DNA from: Zootoca vivipara
Lineage: Eukaryota
Reading direction: 5' to 3'
Assembly: GCF_963506605.1 (NCBI RefSeq)
Contig: NC_083277.1
Location: forward strand, 25,606,001-25,670,000
Length of the DNA: 64,000 bases
Below the pieces are notes generated by a model. It was not told the DNA's origin, did no database searches, and saw only the letters and a program-made list of their open reading frames with translations. The position numbers and the translations under genes were made by a program. This document shows positions 11,616 to 25,724 of the stretch, in pieces; positions within the stretch are counted from its first letter, which is position 1, and the number at the start of each line of letters is the position of its first letter.

Positions 11616-11980
11616 CGGTAGAGCATAAAACTTTTAATCTCAGGATCATGGGCAAAAGATTCTTGCATTGCAGGGGCTATCAGGGGTAGGCAACCTAAGG
11701 CCCGGGGGCCGGATGCGTCTCAATCACCTTCTCAATCCGGCCAGCGAACGGTCCGGGAATCAGTGTGTTTTTACATGAGTAGAATGTGTGCTTTATTGAA
11801 AAGGCATCTCTGGGTTATTTGTGGGAGATAGGAATTTGTTCATATTTTATTCCAAAATATAGTCCGGCCCACCACATGGTCTGAGGGACGGTGGACTGGC
11901 CCGCGGCTGAAAAGGGTTGCTGACCCCTAGGCTAGATGATCCTGATGGTCCCTTCTGACTCTAAAATCCTATGATCCTAT
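11616..11980 (+). mobile_element. tRNA-Lys-headed, CR1-tailed SINE interrupted by a hAT MITE
   Basis: cggtagagcataaaacttttaatctcaggatcatggg resembles tRNA-Lys(CTT), then attcttgcattgcagggg / ctagatgatcc...cccttctgactcta...ctatgat (CR1 3' end). Confidence 0.65.
11681..11929 (+). mobile_element. Non-autonomous hAT DNA transposon (MITE)
   Basis: TIRs caggggtaggcaacc / ggttgctgaccccta. Same family as 40125-40454 in opposite orientation. Confidence 0.8.
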
Positions 11981-12278
11981 ATCCCATATAGGCCCAATAG
12001 TTAGCCTATATTAATGTAAGCAACATAAACAGCAACTGCACACAAAAGCGAGCCTCCTCATATTTGCATTTTTTCTAACCCTCTGCTGAAAGAGAAAGGA
12101 CCGTCCTGTAGATGAGGCAGGGAAGAAGAATTAAACCAAAGTGTTCAAGAAATGTGACCAGTTAAATTCAAGTATCCGGTAATAGCCAAATCCCAAGACG
12201 CTGCAGAGCCATTCTCAAGAAACAGAATGCCCCTGCAAGCCATTTATGCCTTTGCCGGACAACGGATGTGCACTAGGG

Positions 12279-12624
12279 CAGCGTTTCTCAACCGCTGTTC
12301 CGCGGCACACTAGCTGGTGTGCCACGACGAGAAGGGCGATTTGCATTGTCATGTGCCTGGCGGCCGCCAATAGTCAACACTAACCCGCCGGAAAGCAATA
12401 TTTCTCCTCCTCTTTCCCAAAGCTCAGTGCAAAGGAGCCTGGCGGCCGCCAATAACCAACACTGACCCGCCGGAAAGCAATATTTGGCAAGTGTTTCTTA
12501 CAGTCATAATTATAATATAGGGCGGCACAGAGTTAATTTTTTTAACTTTTTTAATGGTGGTGTGCCTCGTGATTTTTTTCACGGAACAAGTGTGCCGTGG
12601 CCCAAAAAAGGTTGAGAAACACTG
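12279..12624. mobile_element. Non-autonomous hAT element
   Basis: TIRs cagcgtttctcaacc / ggttgagaaacactg; perfect 8-bp TSD cactaggg; internal ~45-bp duplication. Confidence 0.9.
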
Positions 12625-13204
12625 CACTAGGGGTCCCGTTACTCACTGTGAGCAACTACTACAGCCATTTCCTTCAATCCCAGGCACCTCCTTGATCCTA
12701 CTGGCGTCGTGTGTTTACGGGGATGCTTAATTAATCACTTAGCTGCAACCTTTCCAACCAAACTCAGCTGCGGCCTCAGTATTTCATGCTTCCCAAATTA
12801 TGCACAGAAGCCCCTTGTGCTGAGCATAGCATGGCAATCTGCTCTCAGCAAGCCAGGATAAAATATGGTTGTCCTCTTAGCTGAGACAATTTAACGTCTG
12901 CTTGAGTTACCGGCATGTAAGAAATAGCTGGGAGAATGGAGAATATCATCTCTAGTTAAATCTGCCTTGTTTAATGCACAATATAAGGTTCTGCTGTGCC
13001 ACCTTGTGTTATATCAAATCACATCTGATATAAAACACCAGCACATGGCTAGGGAATGCCTAGCAATAAAGCACAGATAATAATTGCATCATCATTATTA
13101 TTATTTTGCAGAAGGGCCCGTTACTGAAATTTAACAGTGTTAGCAAGGACTTTGTTTAAACTAGTGGACAAAGGTATTGTCCACTAAGCACCAAGAAAAG
13201 GAAC

Positions 13205-13362
13205 AGAATCTTGTAGCAGCTTAAAGGCTATCAGATTTATTGTAGCATAAGCCTTCATGGACCAGAGCCCACTTTATCAGATGTATCTGATAAAGTGAGC
13301 TTTAGCCCATGAAAGATTATGTCACAATAAATCAGATGATCTTTAAGGTGCTACAAAACTCT
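13205..13362. mobile_element. Palindromic Penelope-derived element with one hammerhead-like core per strand
   Basis: Two ~78-bp inverted arms around 13283-13284; each arm reads ctgataaagtg(a/g)gct....ccatgaa(a/g)g.ttatg. Related to the PLE end at 7930-8025. Confidence 0.75.
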
Positions 13363-15281
13363 GGGTATTTTTCCCCCCTGAGGGGTGAGTTCCAATGACT
13401 TAACACAACTAGCCCTATTGAATTGGCACCAAATACTTGAGGTCTGTTCAAAAAAACTTGTTTTTTGTTGTTGCTGCTAGTGTGGTATAACCCAACAGAA
13501 ACAGGACCGGCTTGGGCCACCTTTTCCTTACCCTCATTTCAAGGGTCTATTTAAAACATCTGATTGATTACTCAAAAGAAAATCCTCTCCCACTTCCTGT
13601 TACTTTTAACCAACAAACTGCCAACATAACCAGCCAACAGCTGCATACCCAAATTTTGCACATGTTGCACAACAACAGTGTTATGCAAATGCAAGAGAAT
13701 TTATTTCCACCATATTCCCTGCGGGCTAAAATTATTTTTCCATCTCAATTATACTAATTGCCTATTTGCTTAATTTTCTACAACAGTCTTCCCGGCATTC
13801 CAAACTTCGCGCCAATTGTGCAAGCTTAGGAAATGGTACGAGATACTGTATCTGAAATTTAAATAATAGAATCATAGAGCTGCGGAGTTGGAAGGGACCC
13901 TGTGGGTCATCTAGTCTAACCTAGAGCTCTCAAAATTCCTTGGCTGTTTATAAAGAACCACCACAGTGCTTTTAAAAGTGTGGCAGCAGATTCTTCTTCC
14001 AATTGCCTGATTCATACATTCATTCATTCATCTTGATGTAACGAATAGTTCAGAACACATGGCTGCTGATGGTACAAAAGCAGCTAGCTCTATGGTCCAA
14101 TAAAAGTTCAGTCATACATTTTGACTCCTCGTTTTTGTGGAAATATAACAGCATAGCTGAAATCAAACAAACAAGACAGATAATTGCTTTATCCAAAACA
14201 GCACCCAAATAGTTCTGTTTTCAAGCACTTACTGTAACCTATGAATCAAACCTCACTTTATTTGATGAGTAACTTTGAGACAGCATACGCAACAATATTG
14301 TGGGTTATAGGGTTTTATTTTCACGCTGTGCTTTATTTTCCCTCCACATTTCCTTCATTTACCTCCCTCTTCCCGTCCCTTAACCCGAAAGGGTCTGTGG
14401 GCACAAGCAAGTCTAATATTGCAAGTCACAGCTCCAGATGAAGATGGATTGTAGTAAATATTTTACGGGCTGCTCTTTCCCCGGCTATGCGCCTTGCATT
14501 TTAACAATCGGGCATAATTGTCAGGAGCACACGAGCGGCTCGGAGCTGGCTGAGCTTTTCAAATCTATTACTCATCCATTTCTGATATTTTTCTGCCTTA
14601 GTAACCACTGCTGACAAAATTCTTCCGATGACTCTGAACACCAGCCTTTTGTGCCACGTAGCAGAGGATGCCTGCCAAAGCCAGCATGAACACAAGCAGC
14701 GTGTTAATAAAATAAATGCCTGACATTAAGGCGTCTCCCCGGCACTCTCTTCAGTGGACAGCAGAGGGAGAAGGAGGGAAATGCAACCCGCAGAAGCATC
14801 TCCTTCAAGAGAGATGGGGAAAGAGTTCGATCATAAAGGGGGAGCCACACACACACTTCTCAGAAGCGTAGCAACATTATGAATACTGATACCCGTATCA
14901 GGGACCTATGGCTCTAGAAAAGGAACAAGCAACAGTAGGTGGTTTTAAAAAGAAAAGAAAAGAAAAGAAGAGGACTCTGTAACCTAAAATAGTTTTGTGG
15001 AACTGGGTGCTTCAGAAGGTGAAATATTTCTTATCCCCACAGGATTGAGCTGGATCAGTTAATGCTTCCTTGCCTATACAACTACTAAAAGACTAGTTTC
15101 TCTTTGCTACTCTTTGCTTTGATCTCCAGAGGCACAAGTAAGAAAGGAAGTCTAGAAACCACAAAAATTATTTCAAAACTTTGGGCTTGCTCTGCATGTG
15201 CATATATAATTTTTACAATACTAATTGTATATGCAATTGCCATCTTTCTAGTTAGCGCAGGCTATGTTAGTGCATGACAAT

Positions 15282-15807
15282 GTTGTTTTGTTGTTGTTTG
15301 TTGTTTAGTCGTTTAGTCGTGTCCGACTCTTCGTGACCCCATGGACCATAGCACGCCAGGCACTCCTGTCTTGCACTGCCTCCCGCAGTTTGGTCAAACT
15401 CATGTTCGTAGCTTCGAGAACACTGTCCAACCATCTCGTCCTCTGTCGTCCCCTTCTCCTAGTGCCCTCCATCTTTCCCAACATCAGGGTCTTTTCCAAG
15501 GATTCTTCTCTTCTCATGAGGTGGCCAAAGTATTGGAGCCTCAGCTTCACGATCTGTCCTTCCAGGGAGCACTCAGGGCTGATTTCCTTAAGAATGGATA
15601 GGTTTGATCTTCTAGCAGTCCATGGGACTCTCAAGAGTCTCCTCCAGCACCATAATTCAAAAGCATCAATTCTTCGACGATCAGCCTTCTTTATGGTCCA
15701 GCTCTCACTTCCATACATCACTACTGGGAAAACCATAGCTTTAACTATACGGACCTTTGTCGGCAAAGTGATGTCTCTGCTTTTTAAGATGCTGTCTAGG
15801 TTTGTCA
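15282..15807 (-). mobile_element. BovB (RTE clade) LINE, 5'-truncated young copy
   Basis: Uninterrupted ORF MTNLDSILKSRDITLPTKVRIVKAMVFPVVMYGSESW...IDAFELWCWRRLLRVPWTARRSN...VHGVTKSRTRLND; (CAA)n tail; 14-bp TSD tagtgcatgacaat at 15268-15281 and 15808-15821. Confidence 0.95.
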
Positions 15808-16976
15808 TAGTGCATGACAATACTATGCCAAATTATAGTCCAGGTGCCAACTCTCTTCAGCCTGCCCTTTTCCCTGCCTTCACGCAAAGGCAGTAATGCA
15901 CGCAAAAAACGAGGCAGACACCATTAGCAGCTCATAAAATCTGTCATAATATCCTTTCCCCATTTTGGAACGGAGTCATCGCAAGGTGACTTCCAGCCCA
16001 TATTGTCTATTCTCCAACCTTGTGAAAGTGCCCCATACAGTATACATAGAAGTTACCAAATCATCGAAAACTGAGATGGGCCAAGCCATTAGTGCTGTTT
16101 TTTTTTTTTTAGGGGAGGCATTCTGTGGTTGTGAATTGTCAGATTTCCTGATGTCGAGAACTGATGCATTTACTGTGCCGAAAATTTCTAAAATCTCAGA
16201 AGGTATGCACTGCGTAAAGAGGACGTGGGATTGTCTATGATAGAGCACAGGCAGGTGGGAACAGCCCACCTGGTATACGGCTGAGTTGAGAAAGCCCTGG
16301 ACTGGGACGGATGCGGCAATGCGGCAGCGGTAGACACAGGGGCAATAGGAGAGTAAGAAAAAGCCCTTGCAAACATGGCAGCATGTTTCCTGCCCGTTTC
16401 TGGGGGAAAGTGAAATGGTTGGCAGAGATTTCCTAAATAGGGTTGGAACAAGCCCCAAAAGGTAGCAGACCTTTGGCTGCAGCAAGTCCGTAGGATTCAT
16501 GCCAGGTGATTCTGAGGCTGCGCAAAGGTTTGTGCAGCCAAATTCTAGCTCAATAAGTAAGGATGAGCTTCATCCACTCACAACATAGTCCTTTTCTCCC
16601 GCTTCACTCTTCCCTTTGGAGAAGTGGGGAGATAAACCAAGAAAGCTGCAGTCAACCACAGCTTCCCAGGATGTGCAAAGTTGAAAAAAAAATATGGTTA
16701 CAGTAATGGCTTCCGAACAAGCCTGGAACTGGAAGTCCACATAAGCTCACTTGTAGCTTCTTGGTTTGTTTCCTGCTCATTCCCAGGAAGCAGGTACAAA
16801 AGGGTTGCATGTGCATGTCCTGGCTATGATCATATGAATGTAGACAGCTGGTGTCAGGCAGGTTATAAGAGAACAAGAGACACAGCTCCGAGGTGATTAG
16901 CCCTCCCTCCTCTCAGAAAAGTACTGGATCACTTTCCCAGCAGGTGGAAAGCATAATTAAGCACGGAGCATCAAAG

Positions 16977-17639
16977 CAGGATGGATAAAAATCAATGATT
17001 TTTTTAAAAAATAAAAAATACGATTTTCTAATTTAAATCAGATTTTTTAGATTTAAATTGGATTTTTAAAATGAAATGCTTTTGGAGGAAAAATCTTTCT
17101 AAAGATAGTTTTCTATTTAAGTTACATTATAGTCCAAAGGCTATTCATCAATGAATAAGGATTTGTTTTAAGTTTTTCATGTGTGCTAAAACGCAGTCTG
17201 TTTGTTTGTTTTTAAAAAATTGTTTAACCACATCAGTTAACAAACATGGATACATATACTATAATGTTATTGTTTTAGTTAAATAAATTGTTTAAATTGT
17301 TACTAAGGAAATGATTTTTCTCCTTCCAATAAAGTACAGCAGAAAAGTTGTCCATATATAAACAGTTAACTTATTAAACCTCACAATAATTTCATAGTTA
17401 TCGGTCTATGTATTTCTAATAGCATAACCAAATCGGTAATTTTTTATATAACTGTAAAAACTACTCTGAAAATTTATTATTCCAAAAATGAAACCTTCAT
17501 CTGGTTGTAAATATTAAGATTATAGCATAAAGAATGAGTCTTTCTGTTAAAAAGAGAGAGATTTAAATCAATTCTTACTGACTAGTGATTTAAATCGTGA
17601 TTTAAATCGATTTGATTTACGTAAATCAAATCCACCCTG
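16977..17639. mobile_element. AT-rich non-autonomous hAT element
   Basis: TIRs caggatggat / atccaccctg; subterminal GATTTAAATC repeats at both ends; perfect 8-bp TSD catcaaag. Confidence 0.88.
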
Positions 17640-18415
17640 CATCAAAGCAACCTTTCCGGGGATGCAAAAAGTTGAGCATGGCAACTAAAGCAAGGTCATA
17701 GCAATTCCTTTCCTTTGTTTCTGCAATAAGGTGATCGACTGATATGGGACCAAAATATGAGACAGAAATGAGACAGATTAATTTTTTAAAAAATCAGCCG
17801 ACTCATCATTTCAGATTCTCATTAAAACTGGATACCTGCAGTTTCTGATCACACCATCTCATTATACCCAGGATATATAATGAGGAAGTTTAAATGTCAA
17901 CCATGATTCCCATTTCCATATGCAGTTTGCTATGGGAAGATTAATACTATGTGTCATTTTCTTTTTCTAATGCATTGGTACGGGTGCATTTAAAATAAAA
18001 TGAAAAATCGAAACTGCCAGGCTTCTAAGTATATGATGAAGAATCTCAATATTGAGCTTGCAAAACTATTCCACTTTTGGCGAAAAAACGCTTCTCGGAA
18101 ATTCTGAGCCATATTGACTCGAGTCTCCTCCATATCTATAATAAGCTTAGAATACCAGGGACACATTTTGGTTTTTGTTACCTTAGGGTTATTCAAAAGA
18201 ATGATCCAAATGAAGAGGCAAATGACTATCAGTTTTCATCAGTCTCAGGTGGCTGCGTGTATTCAAACATACATGTTTGAAGCCAGGCATCTCCAACCTG
18301 GTATCACCCAGAAATCATCAGACTACAACTCCCATCATCCCTGACCACTGGCAGCCGATGGGAACTGAGGTTTGACAACATCCAGAGGGCACCTGGCTGG
18401 GAAACGCTGCTTTTA

Positions 18416-19189
<774 letters not shown>

Positions 19190-19635
19190 TCATATTTTTA
19201 AAACATTCATTTGACCAGCAAACACTCAACACATTTTGCCATGCCACAAGCTGTCTGAAAACCCCCACACTTTTTTTAAAAAATTTTGTATCGTGGGTGG
19301 TGGCTGTTTTTAGAAACGTTATGCGCAAACCTCTTGAGCATGAAGAATCAACTGCATTTGTCTTTGGATGCCTAAGACTTTTTAATCACTTTTTAACAGC
19401 AACTGTGAAGAGGAAAAGCACAGGAAAACCAAAATGGAGTTTTGTACAAAGGACAAGCAAGCCAATGTGTCAAATTGGCAGAATTTAGAGTCCAGACCTG
19501 TGTTTCTCTGAATCCTCGGTTCCCCATCCTTAAAGTAGAAGCACCATGAAAAATGAAGGTGAAGGATGAAATATTGACCACAAGTTTGCTTTAAGATGGG
19601 AATCCCTAAATATCCCCAATGTAGTGAAACATTTA

Positions 19636-19990
19636 GGGACGCAGGTGGCGCTGTGGGTTAAACAACAGAGCCTAGGGCTTGCCAATAAGAAGGTCGGCGG
19701 TTCGAATCCTCGTGACGGGGTGAGCTCCTGTTGCTCTGTCCCAGCTCCTGCCAACCTAGCAGTTTGAAAGCACGTCAAAGTGCAAGTAGATAAATTGGTA
19801 GATAAATAGGTACCGCTACAGCAGGAAGGTAAACAGCGTTTTTGTGTGCTGTTCTGGTTTGCCAGAAGCAGCTTTGTCATGGCCCATGACTGTACGCTGG
19901 CTCCCTTGGCCAATAACGCGAGATGAGCGCCGCAACCCCAGAGTCGGTCACGGCTGGACCTAATGGTCAGGGGTCCCTTTACCTTTACCT
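19636..19990 (+). mobile_element. Sauria SINE, full length
   Basis: Same family as 10731-11087; degenerate 14-bp TSD tagtgaaacattta / taatgaaactttta. Confidence 0.92.
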
Positions 19991-20745
19991 TAATGAAACT
20001 TTTATAAGAAGACTTGCAGAGGTGGCCGTGCAGGCTAACTTACTGAGAAATAACTTCAAAAGGCAGTGGAATGTTCTTTTAATTTCTGGAACAAAGTAGC
20101 TGGGTTCCAGATGACTACAACAACTTAACTGCCATTCAGTGTTGCTGATTAGAAATTCTTCAATACCCCCCCCCCAAAAAAAAACACCCCAGAACTGTAA
20201 GAATCCCCTTGCTCGCCTGGATCGAGAGAGGTGTGTGGAGCTTTTACATGGCTGGAATGTAGCCTGCTGTAAAACGGTATGAGTCAAATCAGCCCCAGCC
20301 AGGGATGGCCAATAATCAGAGTTGTGGTCCATCGACAGCTGGAGGATGTCTATGAGCTACATAAAAGGGGTCATCAAATGATTGCCAACCCCTTACAGTA
20401 GAGTGCCGTGTTTCAAAAGGATCCCATCCAGGTACAAAATATTACTTGCCAAGCATAGAACACTGTGACAAGCCTGCTTGTTTTGTTGAGCATGAGAGAT
20501 TCATTGATCCAAGTGGCCAAAAAATTATTGCACGCTTCCGAGTGCTTCAAAACACTTATACCAAGGAAGGTTTAATTAGCCTTGTTTTATAGACTGAGGT
20601 CACAGCAAACCAATACACCTGCGCACCCCACCCATTCTGTGTCTTAAAGTGCCATTTGAACTCAGATCTTCAAGGTCTAAAAGCTCAAAAACCTCCACTC
20701 CCTGGGCCATACCAGGTGCCCGAGATTCTTAACCTGCTAATATTA

Positions 20746-21003
<258 letters not shown>

Positions 21004-22099
21004 TTATAAACATGCCAAGGAAGGAAAGAAAGAAGAAAAAAAGAGACATGCACGCCTCTCCACTATCCGCTTTTCTTAACCTCTCTCAGCAACACTATGA
21101 ACTCATTTCTAAGGATGAGCAAGCTTTAAAGCTTCAGAGGGCTCCTTTTTTCCCCAAGCAGGTGAGAAACTCCTGGGAAGCTCAAAAGATGGGAGTGCAT
21201 TCTCCCCCAAGAAGGAGGCTCAATTAAAATGCATCGCCATGGCCATCTCTGCTTGGTTGGAACTGTTACAGCAATTAATACAGTAACATCCAATCCAAAA
21301 GGAAATTAAAGGGCGGTGATACAAGTTAATTCCCACTGTAATGCACATCCTAATTGCAAAAGTGCTTTTCTTTTTAAAGCAAGACAACCTTATTAAGTAC
21401 AGCCGGTTATCGTCAAAGGCCTGGTCTGCACATCACACTTAGCCAAACTATGGCTTAGTACAAACCTATGGGTGTCCAAGGGCAGATGGCTTGGCGCCAA
21501 AGTGTTACAATCAGCTTACAATCTCCAAATGAATAAATATTTGGCCCTCAGTTCACAGGACCTTAGAAATTGGATCTTTGATCGGGATGCCAATCAAGAT
21601 AAGAGCATCCACTGTAGCTGCCCATAACTCTACTTGGTACCCCCAAATTAAGATCAGCCATTCAAGGCCCCACTGCCTTGAGACACTGACTTTCCTGCAA
21701 CTGCGTAGGGCAGGCATCCCCAAACTGCGACCCTCCAGATGTTTTGGCCTACAACCCTAGCTAACAGGACCAGTGGTCTCTAATTTTTAAAATTTTATGC
21801 TGTAAACCTTTATAGGGTATGTTGTGAGATTTCAGAGGAAAGCCTTGCCTTGCCCTTTGCAAAGGCTATGCACAATAATTGATTGATTGATTGATTGGCA
21901 TCTCCTCTCTGATCCTTTTGGTTGCCACACTGAACTAAGGGGGGGGGGGTGTCTGGTTTATTTTGCGTGACAATAATAGCTTTGTAACACAGAGAATGGC
22001 CCTCTATGCACTGGCTGCAAAAAATAAATACAAATAAAATAAAATCAGGTAAAAGGTGTTAGATAAAATCACTATAATTTTTTGTGATAATTTGGAGGT

Positions 22100-22101
<2 letters not shown>

Positions 22102-22143
<42 letters not shown>

Positions 22144-22645
22144 TTATTTATACCCCAGCCACTCTGGGCGGCTTCCAACAGAAAAATGAAATAAAATAAT
22201 CTATTAAACATTAAAAGCCTCCCTAAACAGGGCTGCCTTCAGATGTCTTCTAAAAATCTGGTAGCTGTTTTTCTCTTTGACATCTGATGGGAGGGCGTTC
22301 CACAGGGCGGGCGCCACTACCGAGAAGGCCCTGTGCCTGGTTCCCTGCAACTTGGCTTCTCGCAATGAGGGAACCAGAAGGCCCTCGGTACTGGACCTCA
22401 GTGTCCGGGCAGAACGATGGGGGTGGAGACGTTCCTTCAGGTATACTGGACCGAGGCCATTTAGGGCTTTAAAGGTCTGCACCAACACTTTGAACTGTGC
22501 TCGGAAACGTACTGGGAGCCAATGTAGATCTTTCAAGACCACTACCAATCACCAGACTAGCTGCCACATTCTGGATTAGTTGTAGTTTCCGGGTCACCTT
22601 CAGAGGTAGCCCCACGTAGAGCGCATTGCAGTAGTCCAATCAAGT
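22102..22645 (-). mobile_element. L2-clade LINE 3' fragment with (TTA)n tail
   Basis: ORF 22204..22548 LHWLPVRFRAQFKVL...RAFSVVAPALWNALP...FRRHLKAALFREAF is typical L2 ORF2 C-terminus; (AAT)n at 22102-22143. Confidence 0.9.
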
Positions 22646-23025
22646 AGTCCAATTTGAAATCAAGGTGGATTTGACTTTGTTGGTGCCTCTGGTAACATCT
22701 GAATTACATCAAGGCTGTTGGCTCATTTTACGGACACATAATCTGTATTGTTTTATTAGCACTGTTGCCTGTGGCTAGAACAATAAACTGATACCGTATT
22801 GTATGGAGCTAAGAGGGCTTATGGTTAAGCTCTCTTCAAATTAACCATGAGCAGTAACCAAGGCTGGCTTTTGGTTACAGGTCATGGTTAGTCTGCAGAC
22901 AGATTAACCATGAACCCAGGCACAGGCTGAGCCAAAGCTTGGCTCAGCATAGTACGTTTACAGACATAGCAGGTGTAAGAATATGGCAAGTGTGATGGCT
23001 TAGCTCACGCTAGATTGCCCTGCAC

Positions 23026-23161
23026 CAGGCATCCCCAAACTGTGGCCTTCCAGATGTTTCGGCCTACAACTCCCATGATCCTTAGATAACAGGACCAGTG
23101 GTTGGGGAAGATGGGAATTGTAGTCCAAAACATCTGGAGGGCCGAAGTTTGGGGATGCCTG
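23026..23161. mobile_element. ~136-bp hairpin hAT MITE
   Basis: TIRs caggcatccccaaac / gtttggggatgcctg; TSD ccctgcac / ccctacac. Confidence 0.88.
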
Positions 23162-23381
23162 CCCTACACCAAGTCAGAACACAGGTTCATCAGATACAGT
23201 ATTGTCTGGCAGCTGCTCCTCAAGTTCTTGAGCTGAGATATTTCCTGATATTACAGCATGCGCTGGAGAATGAATCTAGGCCCTTATCCATGTGCTCTTC
23301 CACTGAACTATGGAGTCCTTTCCCCTTTAATTCCAACCACACCCATGACCACAACATCAGTAGGAACCGATTTGCACACTA

Positions 23382-23711
23382 GCGGGTAGCACTGTGGGTT
23401 AAACCACAGAGCCTAGGGCTTGCTGATCATAAGGTTGGCGGTTCGAATCCCTGCGATAGGGTGAGCTCCCGTTGCTCGGTCCCAGCTCCTGCCAACCTAG
23501 CAGTTTGAAAGCATGTCAAAGTGCAAGTAGATAAATAGGTACCGCTCCGGCGGGAAGGTAAACAGCGTTTCCGTGTGCTGCTCTGGTTCGCCAGAAGCGG
23601 CTTTGTCATGCTGGCCACATGACCTGGAAGCTGTACGCTGGCTCCCTTGGCCAATAACGTGAGATGAGCGCCGCAACCCCAGAGTCAGTCACAACTGGAA
23701 CTAATGGTCAG
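23382..23711 (+). mobile_element. Sauria SINE lacking its tail
   Basis: Colinear with the copies at 10731 and 19636. Confidence 0.9.
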
Positions 23712-24480
23712 AGAAATAACATCCCCCCCCCCATTGCCTTATAGGGTTGCAGCCTCATGGAAGTATCAAGACAGGTGAATGCTTTTGTTCTTTGTGTAGC
23801 TGAAACTGAGAGCATCATATCTGATGAAAACTGAGAAGGGGATACAAGGATGAACTGCTTGGAAACACGTACAGGCGAAATGCATAGGAGGGACCAACAA
23901 ACCACAGATAATGTTATGTTGTCATTGTCCCCTCCCAAATAGCCATGATAAATACGTCTTCCCCATAGGATAGCTATGGAATTGAAAGCTGCAGAAGAAT
24001 CACACACAGCGAAGGAGAATACTTTTCAACACTGCAAGGGTGAATTTGGTATTTACAAAAATAGGTTTTTGCACACACCAGCCAAGACGACAAGGTGATA
24101 CATAATATGACTCTCAAGGGTGACTCAGAACACCAAAGCTTTAAGCGGTGCTAATTATTTTTGAGCCTGAATGGATTTTTGAAAGTATAAAATCACCAAG
24201 CAAGGAGATGAGTATGCCATGGGGAACCTCTGAAGAACAGATAAGTTATGTATTTATTCACTTAAATTCATTAGCAATTTTACCATTTGCATCTTTACAT
24301 ACCAGCAATAAAAATATGTTAATAAAATAATAAGAAGGCAGCAGAGTCAGTACTATTTTAGTGCCTTTTCCAACCTGACTTCATTTTTTCCAAGTGTTTC
24401 AGCCTGTGCAGCTTAGGCCCCAGTTCATACAATGGTTCTTTTCAATGAGCTGAACTCAACACGTTTTCCACGGACTGTCA

Positions 24481-24764
24481 CAGGGCCGTCTCAAGCATGT
24501 CGGGCGCCCTGGCGCCGTGGTGCGGAGATCGCTCCGGCGCCCCTGCCCTGGGGTTTTTTACTTTAAAAACCCACTATTGCTTATTTTCAGGGGGTGTCTT
24601 ATTTTTTCCCCCTCCTCCTCCTCCTCTTCCTCCTGTCGCGGCCAGCATTGCTGCTGTGCCTATTACTACGTCTTATTTTCAGGGTATGGCTTAGATTCCT
24701 TGAATGCTTAAAAATCCTGCTACGGCTTATTTTATGGCTACGTCTTATTTTCAGAGAAACAGGG
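24481..24764. mobile_element. Fused DNA-transposon ends: GC-rich hAT end (24481-24550) plus Tc1/mariner-type end (~24560-24764)
   Basis: First part is the reverse complement of the right end of 43567-43744. Second part (cttattttc repeats, gaaacaggg) matches the left end of 41511-42131. Confidence 0.7.
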
Positions 24765-25724
24765 TGGTTCCTCTTCATCCTGGAAAAAAGTGACAAGTGG
24801 GGTGCCGCAGGGTTATGTCCTGGGCCCGTTGTTGTTCAATGTCTTTATAAATGAATTCGATGAAGGAATTGAGGTGGTGATCATCAAATTTGGATATGAC
24901 ACCAAACTGGGAGGGGTAGCTAATGCCACAGAAGACAGAATCAGAATTCAAAATGACCTTAACAGATTGGAGAACTAGGCCTTCACAAACAAAATGATTT
25001 TCAATAGGGACAAATGTAAGGTTCTGCACATAGGCAGGAAGAACCAGATGCACAAATATAGGATGGGGGACACCTGGCTTACTAGCAGTACATGTGAAAA
25101 GGATCTACGGCTCTTGGTGGACCACAAGGTTAACATGAGTCGACAGTGTGATGCAGCAGCAAAAAAAGCTATTGCTATTCTAGCCTGCATCAACAGAAGT
25201 ATAGTGTCCAGATCAAGGGAAGTAATAGTACCACCCTATTCTGCCTTAGTCAGATGACACTTGGAATACTGTGTCCAATTCTGGGAACCACAATTTAAGA
25301 AGAATGTTGACAAGCTGGAAACTAAGCCTTACAAGGAGCACTTGAAGGAACTGGGTAGGTGTAGCCTGGAAAAGAGACTGAAAGGAGATAAGATAGCCAT
25401 TTTCAAATATCTTAAGGGCTGTCTCATGGAGGAGGGAGTATGCTTGTTTTCTCCTGCTCTGGAGGGTAGGACTCGAGGCAATGGCTTCAAGACAGAAGAA
25501 AGGAGATTCCAACTAAACATTCAGGAAAAAATTTCTGACTGTAAGAGCTGTTCAGCAGTGGAACAGACCCCCACGAGAGGTGGTGGACACTCCTTCCTTG
25601 GAGGTTTCTAAGCAGAGGGTGGGTAGCCACCTGTCATACCGGTAGATGCTTGAGCTGAGATTCCTGCATTGCAGGACTAGATGAGCCTTGGGACCCCTTC
25701 CAACTCTACGATTTTATGATTCTA
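24765..25724 (+). mobile_element. CR1 LINE ORF2 (RT) 3' fragment, disabled
   Basis: VTSGVPQGYVLGPLLFNVFIN..KFGYDTKLGG, FNRDKCKVLH, YSALVR, EYCVQFW with stops and deletions; ends ttccaactctacgattttatgattcta. Confidence 0.95.
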
